A stretch of 44,680 bases of DNA. Source: Candidatus Staskawiczbacteria bacterium RIFOXYB1_FULL_37_44 (GTDB taxonomy: Bacteria > Patescibacteriota > Minisyncoccia > Minisyncoccales > Staskawiczbacteraceae). The notes under the pieces were generated by a model. The model did no database searches and was not told the DNA's origin. It saw only the letters and a program-made list of their open reading frames with translations. The DNA lies in assembly GCA_001822065.1 (NCBI GenBank), contig MHPJ01000009.1:38663-83342 (forward strand), in the 5' to 3' direction. This document shows positions 1 through 8,232 of this stretch, in pieces. Both the position numbers and the translations under genes were made by a program. Positions within the stretch are counted from its first letter, which is position 1. The number at the start of each line of letters is the position of its first letter.

Positions 1-1689
1 GGTTCTGATGGATGGAGTCCATGTCCGCCCTGTGAAGACAAAGTTTGTCCCGATGGCAGTACTGTAGATTGCACCAAAAACTGTCTGCCGTGTACAAAAA
101 CTTGTCCCAATGGCGCAGTTGTTGATTGTGACTTAACTTGTCCAAACTGCCCCAACCCATGCCCTGATGGAAGTTGCAACACAACCTGTCCGCCTTGCCA
201 AACTAAATCTTGTCCTGACGGAAGCGAAGTTTGTGATAATATTATATGTCCGCCCTGCTCTGAAACTTGCGAAGACGGCAGTAAAGTGCCGTGCGGTAAA
301 GACTGTCCGCCTTGCATTATAGATTGCGGAGAAGGCAAAACAGTCAGTTGCGGAGAGGAATGTCCTGCGCCTCCTCCCTCTGATAAAAATCATTGCAATG
401 AATATGGGAAATGTGTTGCAGGAAAAGGAAAAATAAATTGTTCAAAGCCCGAAGATTGCGAAAGCAGCTGTAAAATCAATTTCCAGTGCAAACCCGGCGG
501 CGGGGGAGCTGTATGTTCTGAAAACACAGATTGTTTGCTTGAAGGTAAAAAATGCGTTTTAAATAATGGAGTAAAACAATGCAGGCCAGATAATTGCGGA
601 GGTAAAGAATGTGGCGTAGATTCTGAATGCGAAAGCCTTGAAACATTTTGCGACCGCGATTGTAAAAAGTGCGTGCCTGGCGGAGACACAGGCATTGAAT
701 GCAGCAGCGACGTTGAATGCCAATATGGATGCACTGCCAACAATCCTGCTCAGTGTGTTTTTGGCGGAGCAGGAGGAATTTGCAGTCCATATAGCAATGA
801 CTGTTCGTCCCAAGAATTAAGGTGCGTTTTAAACGACAATGGAAGCAGGCAGTGCATTAAAGATGATTGCGGAGGGGAAATTTGCAGCACAGTCGCTAAT
901 TGCAACCAGACGCCAACTTGCGACAGCAAATGCCAAAAATGCGTGCCTGGGGGAGACACCCGCATCCCGTGTTCAGATGATTCAATATGCAAAATTGTAA
1001 ACAAGCGGCCTGAAGCAAAAAATTTGAATGTTGTAAATAAGCCTTGCACGGGAAATGTTTCTTTTCAGTGGACTTATAGCGACGGTGAAAATGATCCAGA
1101 GTATTATGCCAGGCTTGAAATAGATAATAATGCGGATTTTTTGTATCCAGAATTTATTGAAGATATAAAATATACTTATCCGCCTGCTCTAAACTTGAAT
1201 CAACAATTGGTTCCGGTAAAATATAATGTAGGATATTATTGGCGCGTAATGGTTTTAGAAAGAATTGGCATTTCGGGTTCTCAAGCTTCCGAATGGACGT
1301 ATTATGATGGTCAAAGCGGCACAACAAACCCTGAACTTGCAGAAATCTATATTAAAACAGGCCATCCTGACCCTTCGCCACGGTTTACTGTTTCGCCAAA
1401 TCCGGCTGTTGTGGACACGACAGTTAATTTTAAAAATTCATCTTTATGCTATTCAGATTCCGAGTGTAATTATAAATGGTGGTTTGGAGATCCGCATACT
1501 CCGCCAGAAAGTCCAGATAGCACAAATTCCAGCGCAAGCCATTCTTATGCCGTAAAAAAGACTTATTATACTGCAACTTTGGAAGTTTGCGATGAACAGC
1601 AATGTTGTCCCGCAAGCCGAGATGTTACAATAACTCCAAAAGGATTAAAAGACCTGCCAATTTGGAAAGAAATCTCCCCATTTTGGTAA
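1..1689 (+). CDS. Cysteine-rich repeat surface/secreted protein with C-terminal PKD-like domain (5' end runs off the window)
   Basis: Frame 1 is open from nt 1 (GSDGWSPCPPCEDKVCPDGSTVDC...), so the ORF-track Met at 286 is internal. The N-terminal part has at least 6 tandem 17-19 aa units of the form CPDGSxVxCxxxCPPCxxx. Two ~60 aa Cys-rich modules follow (CVLNNGVKQCRPDNCGGKECG...CKKCVPGGDTGIEC and CVLNDNGSRQCIKDDCGGEICS...CQKCVPGGDTRIPC). The C-terminal FTVSPNPAVVDTTVNF...YKWWFGD...HSYAVKKTYYTATLEVCD fits the PKD-domain pattern. Confidence 0.75.
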   Translation, partial: GSDGWSPCPPCEDKVCPDGSTVDCTKNCLPCTKTCPNGAVVDCDLTCPNCPNPCPDGSCNTTCPPCQTKSCPDGSEVCDNIICPPCSETCEDGSKVPCGKDCPPCIIDCGEGKTVSCGEECPAPPPSDKNHCNEYGKCVAGKGKINCSKPEDCESSCKINFQCKPGGGGAVCSENTDCLLEGKKCVLNNGVKQCRPDNCGGKECGVDSECESLETFCDRDCKKCVPGGDTGIECSSDVECQYGCTANNPAQCVFGGAGGICSPYSNDCSSQELRCVLNDNGSRQCIKDDCGGEICSTVANCNQTPTCDSKCQKCVPGGDTRIPCSDDSICKIVNKRPEAKNLNVVNKPCTGNVSFQWTYSDGENDPEYYARLEIDNNADFLYPEFIEDIKYTYPPALNLNQQLVPVKYNVGYYWRVMVLERIGISGSQASEWTYYDGQSGTTNPELAEIYIKTGHPDPSPRFTVSPNPAVVDTTVNFKNSSLCYSDSECNYKWWFGDPHTPPESPDSTNSSASHSYAVKKTYYTATLEVCDEQQCCPASRDVTITPKGLKDLPIWKEISPFW

Positions 1690-1979
1690 ACTGCTTATTA
1701 GATAAAATAAAGGAAATAGAGGACGGTAAAGCAGAAAAACCCGACTTGATTATGCTCGACCTTTTACTGCCGGATATAAACGGAGATAAAATATTGGAAA
1801 AAATACGAAAGACGCCGTCAACAAAAGATATTCCTGTATTTATTTTTACAAACTACGGCGGTGAACAAATGGAAAATGAACTGGCGAAAAACTTTAATGC
1901 CGAAAAATACCTCGTCAAAACCGATTATGGCCCAAACAAACTAATGCCGATGATAAAAGAAAAACTACAACTGAAATAA
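1683..1979 (+). pseudogene. Response-regulator receiver domain lacking its N-terminal third (remnant or aberrant short form)
   Basis: KPDLIMLDLLLPDINGDKILEKIRK...IPVFIFTNYG...KYLVKTDY aligns with the intact receivers at 16049 and 25172 from the phospho-acceptor Asp onward. The beta1 (ILIVEDD) segment is absent. The reading frame (ORF track 1602..1979) overlaps the 3' end of the upstream CDS. The only start candidates are ATG 1602 inside that CDS or TTG 1683. Confidence 0.5.
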
Positions 1980-2082
1980 AGAATTTTAGAAAATCGTCTT
2001 AATCGGCGATTTTTTAATTTTTAGCGTGGGAGGGGTTCTAAAAAAGCATCAGTAGTGCTATGATTGCGCACCAACAAGAATC

Positions 2083-2111
2083 TTGACTAAATTTGATAAT
2101 AGTAGTATTAT
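2083..2111 (+). promoter_or_regulatory. Candidate sigma70-type promoter of the 12-gene operon
   Basis: TTGACT (2083-2088), 17-nt spacer, TATTAT (2106-2111). It lies 59 nt upstream of the first ATG (2170). Confidence 0.4.
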
Positions 2112-2129
2112 TGACATATAGTTAAAAAT

Positions 2130-2161
2130 GTAAAAACTGTAACGATTTCTAGAGTTTTTAC
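2130..2161 (+). promoter_or_regulatory. 9-bp inverted repeat in the operon 5' UTR (operator or translation-control hairpin)
   Basis: GTAAAAACT (2130-2138) and AGTTTTTAC (2153-2161) are perfect reverse complements with a 14-nt loop. The repeat ends 8 nt before the ATG at 2170. Confidence 0.3.
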
Positions 2162-2169
2162 ACATAATT

Positions 2170-2799
2170 ATGAGAACATCCTATATCAAAGATTGCGTGG
2201 AGACAATAATAAATATGGCCCAGGATAATAATATAAGCTCTCCGCTTAACGTTCTTGAATTATTTGCAGGGGAAGGGTCCATTTTTACTCAATATTTGGC
2301 CAAAAAATGTAATAAGGTTATTGGGTGGGAAATAAAAAATGAATTTGCCTCTGATTTCGAGAAAAATGTCCCAAATGGCCGATTTTTCTGTAAAGATACT
2401 ATAAGCCTGCTTCAACAAGAGAATTCTGATGATTTTTTAAACGATGCCAATATTATTTGCGTTGATAATCCCCTAGGAAAATATGGAGATGAATATTTCG
2501 AACATTTTAAGTTTATAAATCATATCCATAAACTTATACATAGGCCATCTATTTTAGCAATAGATATTATTAAAAAACCATATAATATTGAAGGCAATTT
2601 AGAATGGGTTGAGGAAAGAAAAAGGTTTTATAATATCGACAAAGATGAACTAGATATGGGTTATGCGTTAAATTTTTATAAAAAAATTCTAGAAAAGCAA
2701 GGATTATCCGTTGGGGATGCAAAAATTGTTTGTCGGGAATTAGATGGAGATTTGGATTATTTTTATATGATAATTTGTGTAGTTGATAAAGCAAAATGA
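2170..2799 (+). CDS. Class I SAM-dependent methyltransferase, RsmD-like layout with degenerate motif IV
   Basis: Motif I VLELFAGEGS, then an acidic residue after beta2 (GWEIKN), then ANIICVDNPLGKY where DPPY/NPPY would sit in RsmD-type N-methyltransferases. Confidence 0.55.
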   Translation: MRTSYIKDCVETIINMAQDNNISSPLNVLELFAGEGSIFTQYLAKKCNKVIGWEIKNEFASDFEKNVPNGRFFCKDTISLLQQENSDDFLNDANIICVDNPLGKYGDEYFEHFKFINHIHKLIHRPSILAIDIIKKPYNIEGNLEWVEERKRFYNIDKDELDMGYALNFYKKILEKQGLSVGDAKIVCRELDGDLDYFYMIICVVDKAK

Positions 2800-2806
2800 T
2801 AAAATT

Positions 2807-3454
2807 ATGAAAGTAGCAATTAGCCAACCAGAACATTTTCCATATTTGGGATACTTTGAAAAAATGGCAGTATGCGATATTTTTGTAATTCTTGATAATG
2901 TCCAATTTTCTGGTCCTAGAAGCTGGCAAAACAGGAATAGATTTATAAATAAGAGTGGCGAGTGGCAGTGGTTCACCGTGCCCGTAGCTAAAAACTCTTA
3001 CTTTGAAAAAATAAATGATGTTAAAGTTGCACCTGATTTAGGTTGGAGAAATAAATTGATCAAAACTTTATCTTTAAATTTTCCAGGTAATCCTAAATTT
3101 GATTATGAAAAAATATATAACAGCGGTAAACTGGTGGACATTAATATGGAATCAATTAATTTGTGTCGAAATATTTTAGAAATTAACACTCCTATGATAA
3201 AAAGTTCTGAAATTCCCGTTATTGGGATAAAGGCAGAATTGATCTATAATATATGCAAATACCTTAAAGCTGACATTTATATTTCTGGCCAGGGGGCAAA
3301 GGACTATCTGAAAGATGCAAAATTTAAAGATATAGAAATAAAATTTATAGAGCCTAAAGTAAAAACACTAGAATCAACGATTGTTTTAATAAGCAATGAT
3401 GATAAATTGAAGGAAGCTAAGGAAATAATAAAAAAATTGCGTAACAATGAATAA
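2807..3454 (+). CDS. WbqC-like family protein
   Basis: MKVAISQPEHFPYLGYFEKMAVCDIFVILDNVQFSGPRSWQNRNRF...WFTVPV matches the characteristic WbqC N-terminus (MQPyfFPyiGYF...DdVqf...wqNRNrI). I chose the ATG at 2807 over the ORF-track ATG at 2783, which overlaps the previous gene. Confidence 0.75.
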   Translation: MKVAISQPEHFPYLGYFEKMAVCDIFVILDNVQFSGPRSWQNRNRFINKSGEWQWFTVPVAKNSYFEKINDVKVAPDLGWRNKLIKTLSLNFPGNPKFDYEKIYNSGKLVDINMESINLCRNILEINTPMIKSSEIPVIGIKAELIYNICKYLKADIYISGQGAKDYLKDAKFKDIEIKFIEPKVKTLESTIVLISNDDKLKEAKEIIKKLRNNE

Positions 3455-4244
3455 TTATAATAAAATTATAATTGGCGATATAGAATTTACAGCCTTTGAA
3501 GCCGGAGAATTTAGAATGGGCGCGCTCGGCGGTGATAAATACGCAAATATATTAGAGAAAAATCGCAATACAAAAATTGAAGATTTTTATTTACAGTCCA
3601 CACCAGTTACAGTTGGACAATATTTTTCTTTTTTAAAGGATACTGGTTATGACAGTAATTATCAAATTGAAATTTGGGATGGAGATGATTGGGTTAAAGG
3701 GCCTCATTTTTTAGAAATTAATGGAAAGGGCAATGATTATCCTGTCGTAGGAGTTTCTTTTATTGATGCAGAAAATTACATTGATTGGCTATCAAAAAAG
3801 TATGGAAAAAAATTTAGACTTCCCACAGAGGCCGAATTTGAATACGCTGCCAAAAGTTATTGTAAATGTAAGTCTGAATGTCGGTATGCAAATAAAGCTC
3901 AGGAGTTAAAAATAGTTAGAAATGAAGGAGAAATGCCAGCAAAAGGTCCTAAAAAAATAGAGGAGACCGTAAAAACTGATTCTGGTTTGTATGCAATGCA
4001 CGGAGCGATATGGCAATGGTGCAATGATTGGTTTTTCTATTACGACGAAAGAGACGTTGAAAATCCAAAAGGCCCGAAAGGAGAACCTTTATATGCTCCA
4101 TGGAAAGGGGAAAAATGGTCGCCTGGCAAGACTATCAGGGGCGGATCGTTTTCCTATCCGTTTTATTACGCACGCTGTTCTGACAGACATTATTCAAAAA
4201 TAGAGGATAGAAACTATAATGTTGGATTCAGATTATGTATTTGA
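3447..4244 (+). CDS. FGE-sulfatase (SUMF1/EgtB C-terminal) family protein lacking the FGE catalytic cysteine pair
   Basis: Family hallmarks are present: TPVTVGQYFSFL, YPVVGVSFIDAENYIDWLSKKYGKKFRLPTEAEFEYAA, MHGAIWQWCNDWF and RGGSF...NVGFRLC. The CxxxxC segment of true formylglycine-generating enzymes is replaced by SYPF. Confidence 0.8.
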   Translation: MNNYNKIIIGDIEFTAFEAGEFRMGALGGDKYANILEKNRNTKIEDFYLQSTPVTVGQYFSFLKDTGYDSNYQIEIWDGDDWVKGPHFLEINGKGNDYPVVGVSFIDAENYIDWLSKKYGKKFRLPTEAEFEYAAKSYCKCKSECRYANKAQELKIVRNEGEMPAKGPKKIEETVKTDSGLYAMHGAIWQWCNDWFFYYDERDVENPKGPKGEPLYAPWKGEKWSPGKTIRGGSFSYPFYYARCSDRHYSKIEDRNYNVGFRLCI

Positions 4245-4275
4245 CAAATAAAAATTAACAAATTAAAAAAACTTT

Positions 4276-5268
4276 ATGCCATCATTATACGAAGAATATA
4301 GTCCATGGAAAGGAGCTCATTTTATGGATAGATTGGCCGCCATCAAGAAGGGTGGTAAATGTGCCCCTGTGAGTTTGCAAATATCTTTGACTAATAGATG
4401 TTGCGCAAAATGCTATTATTGCTATGTGGAAAATAGTAATAAATTTAAAGTAGATATTGATACAGAAAAACTTTTTAAAGTACTTGAGGAGGCTAAAGAA
4501 ATGGGAGTGAAAGCGATAGAAATAACCGGCGGCGGGGAACCTCTAGTTCATCCCGATGCGTGGAAGATTATTTCTAAAATAAATGAACTTGGTCTTGATT
4601 TAGGATTGATTACTAACGGAATCATGCTTGATCCGGAAAAATTAGGTAAAGCAACATGGGTAAGAATAAGCCTTGATTCATTTAATCCTGCAACATACAA
4701 AAAGATCAAAGGCGTTAATATGCCTGATATGAAGCTGATAGGGAAAATGTGTAAAAATAAAAATGTAACCGTTGGAGCATCATGCGTAATTACGCCATAT
4801 AATTATAAAGAGCTTTATAGTTTTGCGAAGAAGGCTAAGGAAATGGGATTTAGTAATGTTTGTTTCAAGCCCGTTGAAGTTGAAAATAGAAAAGTATTGA
4901 ATCGCTTTGAAAAAATTGTAAAAGAGCAGATGGATAAAGCGATAAAACTAACGGATAATAATTTTAAAGTATTTTCTTTGGAATTAAGAAGAAATGATAA
5001 CACGGAAGCAAAACCGTTTCCGCTATGCATACAACAGCATTTAGCCGCTTTTATTTGGTCTAATGGAGATATCTATTCATGCTGCTCTCTTCAGGGAAAT
5101 AAAAATATGGTCGTAGGGAACATTTATAAAGGATCATTTAAAGATCAATGGTTTTCAAGGAAAATAATTGGAATAAAAGATTGCAAGATAGAGTGCTTTT
5201 TTGCCGGGAAAAATTCTTTTCTAAATTATTTGGTCGGGGATAATCCAAAACATGTAAATTTTATGTAA
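4276..5268 (+). CDS. Radical SAM enzyme with C-terminal twitch/partial-SPASM Cys motif
   Basis: CX3CX2C in LTNRCCAKCYYCYV, and a GGGEPL SAM-binding motif. The C-terminal CIQQHLAAFIWSNGDIYSC fits CX9-15GX4C and is followed by DCKIEC. Confidence 0.85.
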   Translation: MPSLYEEYSPWKGAHFMDRLAAIKKGGKCAPVSLQISLTNRCCAKCYYCYVENSNKFKVDIDTEKLFKVLEEAKEMGVKAIEITGGGEPLVHPDAWKIISKINELGLDLGLITNGIMLDPEKLGKATWVRISLDSFNPATYKKIKGVNMPDMKLIGKMCKNKNVTVGASCVITPYNYKELYSFAKKAKEMGFSNVCFKPVEVENRKVLNRFEKIVKEQMDKAIKLTDNNFKVFSLELRRNDNTEAKPFPLCIQQHLAAFIWSNGDIYSCCSLQGNKNMVVGNIYKGSFKDQWFSRKIIGIKDCKIECFFAGKNSFLNYLVGDNPKHVNFM

Positions 5269-5269
5269 T

Positions 5270-5974
5270 ATGAAAAAAGAAATTTTAAATAAAAAACCAG
5301 TTTTATTGGCTGTAATGGCGCACCCGGATGACGCAGAATTAAAATGTTATGGAACATTATGCAAATATTCAGAGATGGGCTTTGATTGCGTTTTATTGAT
5401 TATCTGCAGCGGTGAAAATGGAATATCCTTGAATGATAAAAAAAATCTGAATGTTAAAAGTATCCCAAAAAATGTCAGACTAGAAGAAACTATAACGGCG
5501 TTTAAAAATACCAGCGTGCATATTGATACTTTAAATTTTGATGATGGCAATATTTTTTTCGGCAGAAAATTAATAGAAGTAATAGAGCAAAAAATGAGGG
5601 AATATAAGCCGGAAATAGTTATAGCTCAATATGGGGATAGTTTGGGGGTAGACCATCAAGATCATGGTAATGCTGGAAGGGCAACAGTAAACTGTGCCAC
5701 AAGGTTAGATTTTGTTAAAAAAATATTACTTTGTGAGCCGCTTATGACACTCAGATCAGAATTTACGCCGAATTATTTTATAGATATTACTAAATATTTT
5801 CCTAAAAAAATTAAAGCGCTTGCTAGCCATAAGAGTCAGGAGGGCAGGTATTATCTTGAGGAAGAATATCATAATACTAAGGCGGATTTTTATGCGACAT
5901 CTGTCAGTTATAACAAAGCAAGGGAAGGAAATAAATATGAAGCATTTAAGGTGATTTATCAACTAGACGATTAA
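5270..5974 (+). CDS. PIG-L/LmbE family N-acetylglucosaminyl deacetylase
   Basis: VLLAVMAHPDDAELKCYGTL (AHPDD motif) and VDHQDHGNAG (HxDH zinc motif). Confidence 0.85.
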   Translation: MKKEILNKKPVLLAVMAHPDDAELKCYGTLCKYSEMGFDCVLLIICSGENGISLNDKKNLNVKSIPKNVRLEETITAFKNTSVHIDTLNFDDGNIFFGRKLIEVIEQKMREYKPEIVIAQYGDSLGVDHQDHGNAGRATVNCATRLDFVKKILLCEPLMTLRSEFTPNYFIDITKYFPKKIKALASHKSQEGRYYLEEEYHNTKADFYATSVSYNKAREGNKYEAFKVIYQLDD

Positions 5975-5976
5975 AT

Positions 5977-7200
5977 ATGGTCACACAGCAAGAAGGCAAA
6001 CAAATTAAAATATATTTTACTGGGGACATACATTCGAATATTCCTTATTCTATTGATTTGGTTGAAAAAATGTTTGATTTTAAAAAGGATAAATCATCGG
6101 TGTTGATTGATGCTGGAGATTTTTTCCAGGGGTCGCCGTTCTTTAATATTTTTGGAGGAAATCCGGAAAAGAAGATTTATAAGGAGTTATATGACATATC
6201 CATTCCCGGAAACCACGGATTCAAAATTGCAAAAAGCCTTAGAAATAAAGCTAATATTGTAAATGCCAATATTTACATGGGTGATGAGCCAGTTTTTCGA
6301 CAATTCCAAATATTAAAAAGGCAGGGAATGAAAATTGGTTTTGTGGGAATAATTTCGAAAGAAGCTTTTGACGCGATAGAAATGAAAGAAAGAAAAGGTC
6401 TGCAATTTAAAGATCCAATTCTGGTTTTTGAATCACTTGTCCCAAAATTACGATCAAAAGTAGATGCTGTGATATTGGTAAGCCACTCTGGTGTTGAATA
6501 TGATAAAAAGATATCGAGAGAAATCAAGGGTGTAGATGTCATTATAAGCAGTCATTGCCATTCTTCGTTTAAAAAAAATGATAAGTTGAATACAAAAATG
6601 ATAAAAGCACCGGAAATGGGGATGGGATTTGGTGAAATAAATATCGATAATAAATTTGCCATAGGGTTAAAAATTTATAAAATAAACAATAAATCGAAAT
6701 TATTTAATAAAAAAAATTTATTATTTTTCAATCGATACCTTAAAAAATACTACCAAGGAATGTCTCCGGTTGTTCTGTTAGTAGATTCAAATTTTTCTAA
6801 TAAATATGATAACCGTAAAGCTTTATGCAAATATATTTCTGGACGTGTCGGAAAATATTTTAATTCCGATATATGCGTCATTAATTATTTTTGCCTAAGA
6901 GATGTTTTTAAACAAGGGAATGTAACCAAAGAAGATGTTTATAGAATAGCGCCACTGGAAACAAAATTGGTTAAATTCGCTACTGATATAAAGGAATTTA
7001 ATGAAATAATTTCGGGAATAAGGAGAGAGACAAAGTCTTCATTGTGCATGTATAAAAATATTAATGATGGGAAGCATTTACAAATCATAACAACAGAATA
7101 TTTATTCAATAATTATTTTAGAGATTGCTTAAAGGATAAAAAGTATAAACAAGTTATCGATTTAGTTGAATTTATTTCTAAATACTTATTTAAAAAATGA
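5977..7200 (+). CDS. Calcineurin-like metallophosphoesterase, UshA/5'-nucleotidase-type
   Basis: The ordered motifs are YFTGDIHS (GDxH), DAGDFFQGS (GDxxQG), IPGNHGF (GNH), VSHSG and SSHCH. The C-terminal half is long and poorly conserved. Confidence 0.7.
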   Translation: MVTQQEGKQIKIYFTGDIHSNIPYSIDLVEKMFDFKKDKSSVLIDAGDFFQGSPFFNIFGGNPEKKIYKELYDISIPGNHGFKIAKSLRNKANIVNANIYMGDEPVFRQFQILKRQGMKIGFVGIISKEAFDAIEMKERKGLQFKDPILVFESLVPKLRSKVDAVILVSHSGVEYDKKISREIKGVDVIISSHCHSSFKKNDKLNTKMIKAPEMGMGFGEINIDNKFAIGLKIYKINNKSKLFNKKNLLFFNRYLKKYYQGMSPVVLLVDSNFSNKYDNRKALCKYISGRVGKYFNSDICVINYFCLRDVFKQGNVTKEDVYRIAPLETKLVKFATDIKEFNEIISGIRRETKSSLCMYKNINDGKHLQIITTEYLFNNYFRDCLKDKKYKQVIDLVEFISKYLFKK

Positions 7201-7721
7201 TTTTAACAGGAGATTACATTTTTAAAGAGTTATTAAAGGGGAATATTAGTATTTACCCTTTTAAGCGTTCGCAAATTAATCCGAATAGCTATAATTATAG
7301 GCTTGGAAAAACTATCAAAGTATTTGATAAATTTGTTAATGGAAAAAGTGTTTTTAAAAAAGTTGTGATCCCGGAATCGGGTTACTTGCTTGAGCCCGGT
7401 AAAATGTACTTAGGTAACACATATGAATTTATCGGCAGTAAAAAGTATGCGATGTCATTAATAGGGCGCAGTTCAATGGGCAGGCTTGGTCTTTTTTTAC
7501 AGGTTTCTGCTAATCTTGGTCATACCACATCATATCATAAATGGACGCTTGAACTTGTAGCATTAAAGCCAATAAAAATTTATCCGAAAATGATTATTGG
7601 ACAGATATCTTTTTGGACAAATTTTGGCAGAATTTATAAATATGGCGGTAGGTATGCAAAGATAAATAAACCACAAGAATCTTTTATTAATATAAACATA
7701 CATGATTTTAACAGGGTATAA
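7197..7721 (+). CDS. dCTP deaminase/dUTPase-fold protein, paralog A (Glu and RSSxxR kept, IDxG motif lost)
   Basis: MILTGDYIFKEL...INPNSYNYRLG and IGRSSMGRLGLF...SANLGHTTSYHKWTLELVA...IGQISFW align to Dcd (GRSSLARLGL...HRIDPGWSGCIVLEF). ATGA overlap with the upstream gene. Confidence 0.7.
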   Translation: MILTGDYIFKELLKGNISIYPFKRSQINPNSYNYRLGKTIKVFDKFVNGKSVFKKVVIPESGYLLEPGKMYLGNTYEFIGSKKYAMSLIGRSSMGRLGLFLQVSANLGHTTSYHKWTLELVALKPIKIYPKMIIGQISFWTNFGRIYKYGGRYAKINKPQESFININIHDFNRV

Positions 7722-8232
7722 AATTATCAAAGAGGTTAAAGGCGGTAAAATTAAAATTACTCCTTTTGATCATAATAGAATTACAACAAACTCCTATGAT
7801 TTGAGGCTTGGGAGCAAGCTTATTAGGTATACATCGAAAACTCTTGATCCTAAAATTAAGCCCGATTTTAAAATTATGGATATACCAAAGAGCGGAATGA
7901 TAATGCAGGCGGGGGATTTTTTATTGGGAGAGACAGAAGAGATGGTGGGTAGCGATTCTTATGTGCCTATAATACATGCAAAATCAGGAACAGCTCGCAT
8001 GGGATTATTCGTGCACGTAACAGCCGATTTAATTGATATAGGGTATTATGGAAAGTTTACTTTGCAACTTTTTGCGACATTGCCGGTTAAAATATATCCT
8101 TATATGCTTATAGCTCAAGTAAGCTTTTGGCAACCTAAGGGAAAGATAGTTCTATACAAGGGGAAATATCAAAATAGCGACGGGCCAAAGCCGTCAATGT
8201 GTTACAAAGATTTCGGCAAAATAAATAAATGA
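7702..8232 (+). CDS. dCTP deaminase/dUTPase-fold protein, paralog B (IDxG kept, catalytic Glu replaced by Gln, RSS replaced by KSG)
   Basis: MILTGYKIIKEV...TTNSYDLRLG and HAKSGTARMGLFVHVTADLIDIGYYGKFTLQLFA...IAQVSFW. It overlaps paralog A by 20 nt and the next gene by ATGA. Confidence 0.7.
   Translation: MILTGYKIIKEVKGGKIKITPFDHNRITTNSYDLRLGSKLIRYTSKTLDPKIKPDFKIMDIPKSGMIMQAGDFLLGETEEMVGSDSYVPIIHAKSGTARMGLFVHVTADLIDIGYYGKFTLQLFATLPVKIYPYMLIAQVSFWQPKGKIVLYKGKYQNSDGPKPSMCYKDFGKINK

Noticed and set aside
390-1049. Several minus-strand ORFs (84-117 aa) antisense to the Cys-rich protein gene
   Set aside because: They are shadows of a repetitive Cys/Gly/Pro-rich coding region. None has independent support.
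1-1689. Diversity-generating retroelement target or template, suggested by repeated Cys-rich modules
   Set aside because: No reverse transcriptase is present, and no near-identical template/variable repeat pair with adenine-specific differences. The repeats are diverged protein-domain duplications.
7197-8232. Anti-phage dCTP-deaminase (nucleotide-depletion) defence genes
   Set aside because: From memory, the described defensive dCTP deaminases are much larger multi-domain proteins. These are minimal ~175-aa Dcd folds with degenerate motifs, embedded in a biosynthetic-looking operon. I keep this only as a minor alternative under the operon finding.
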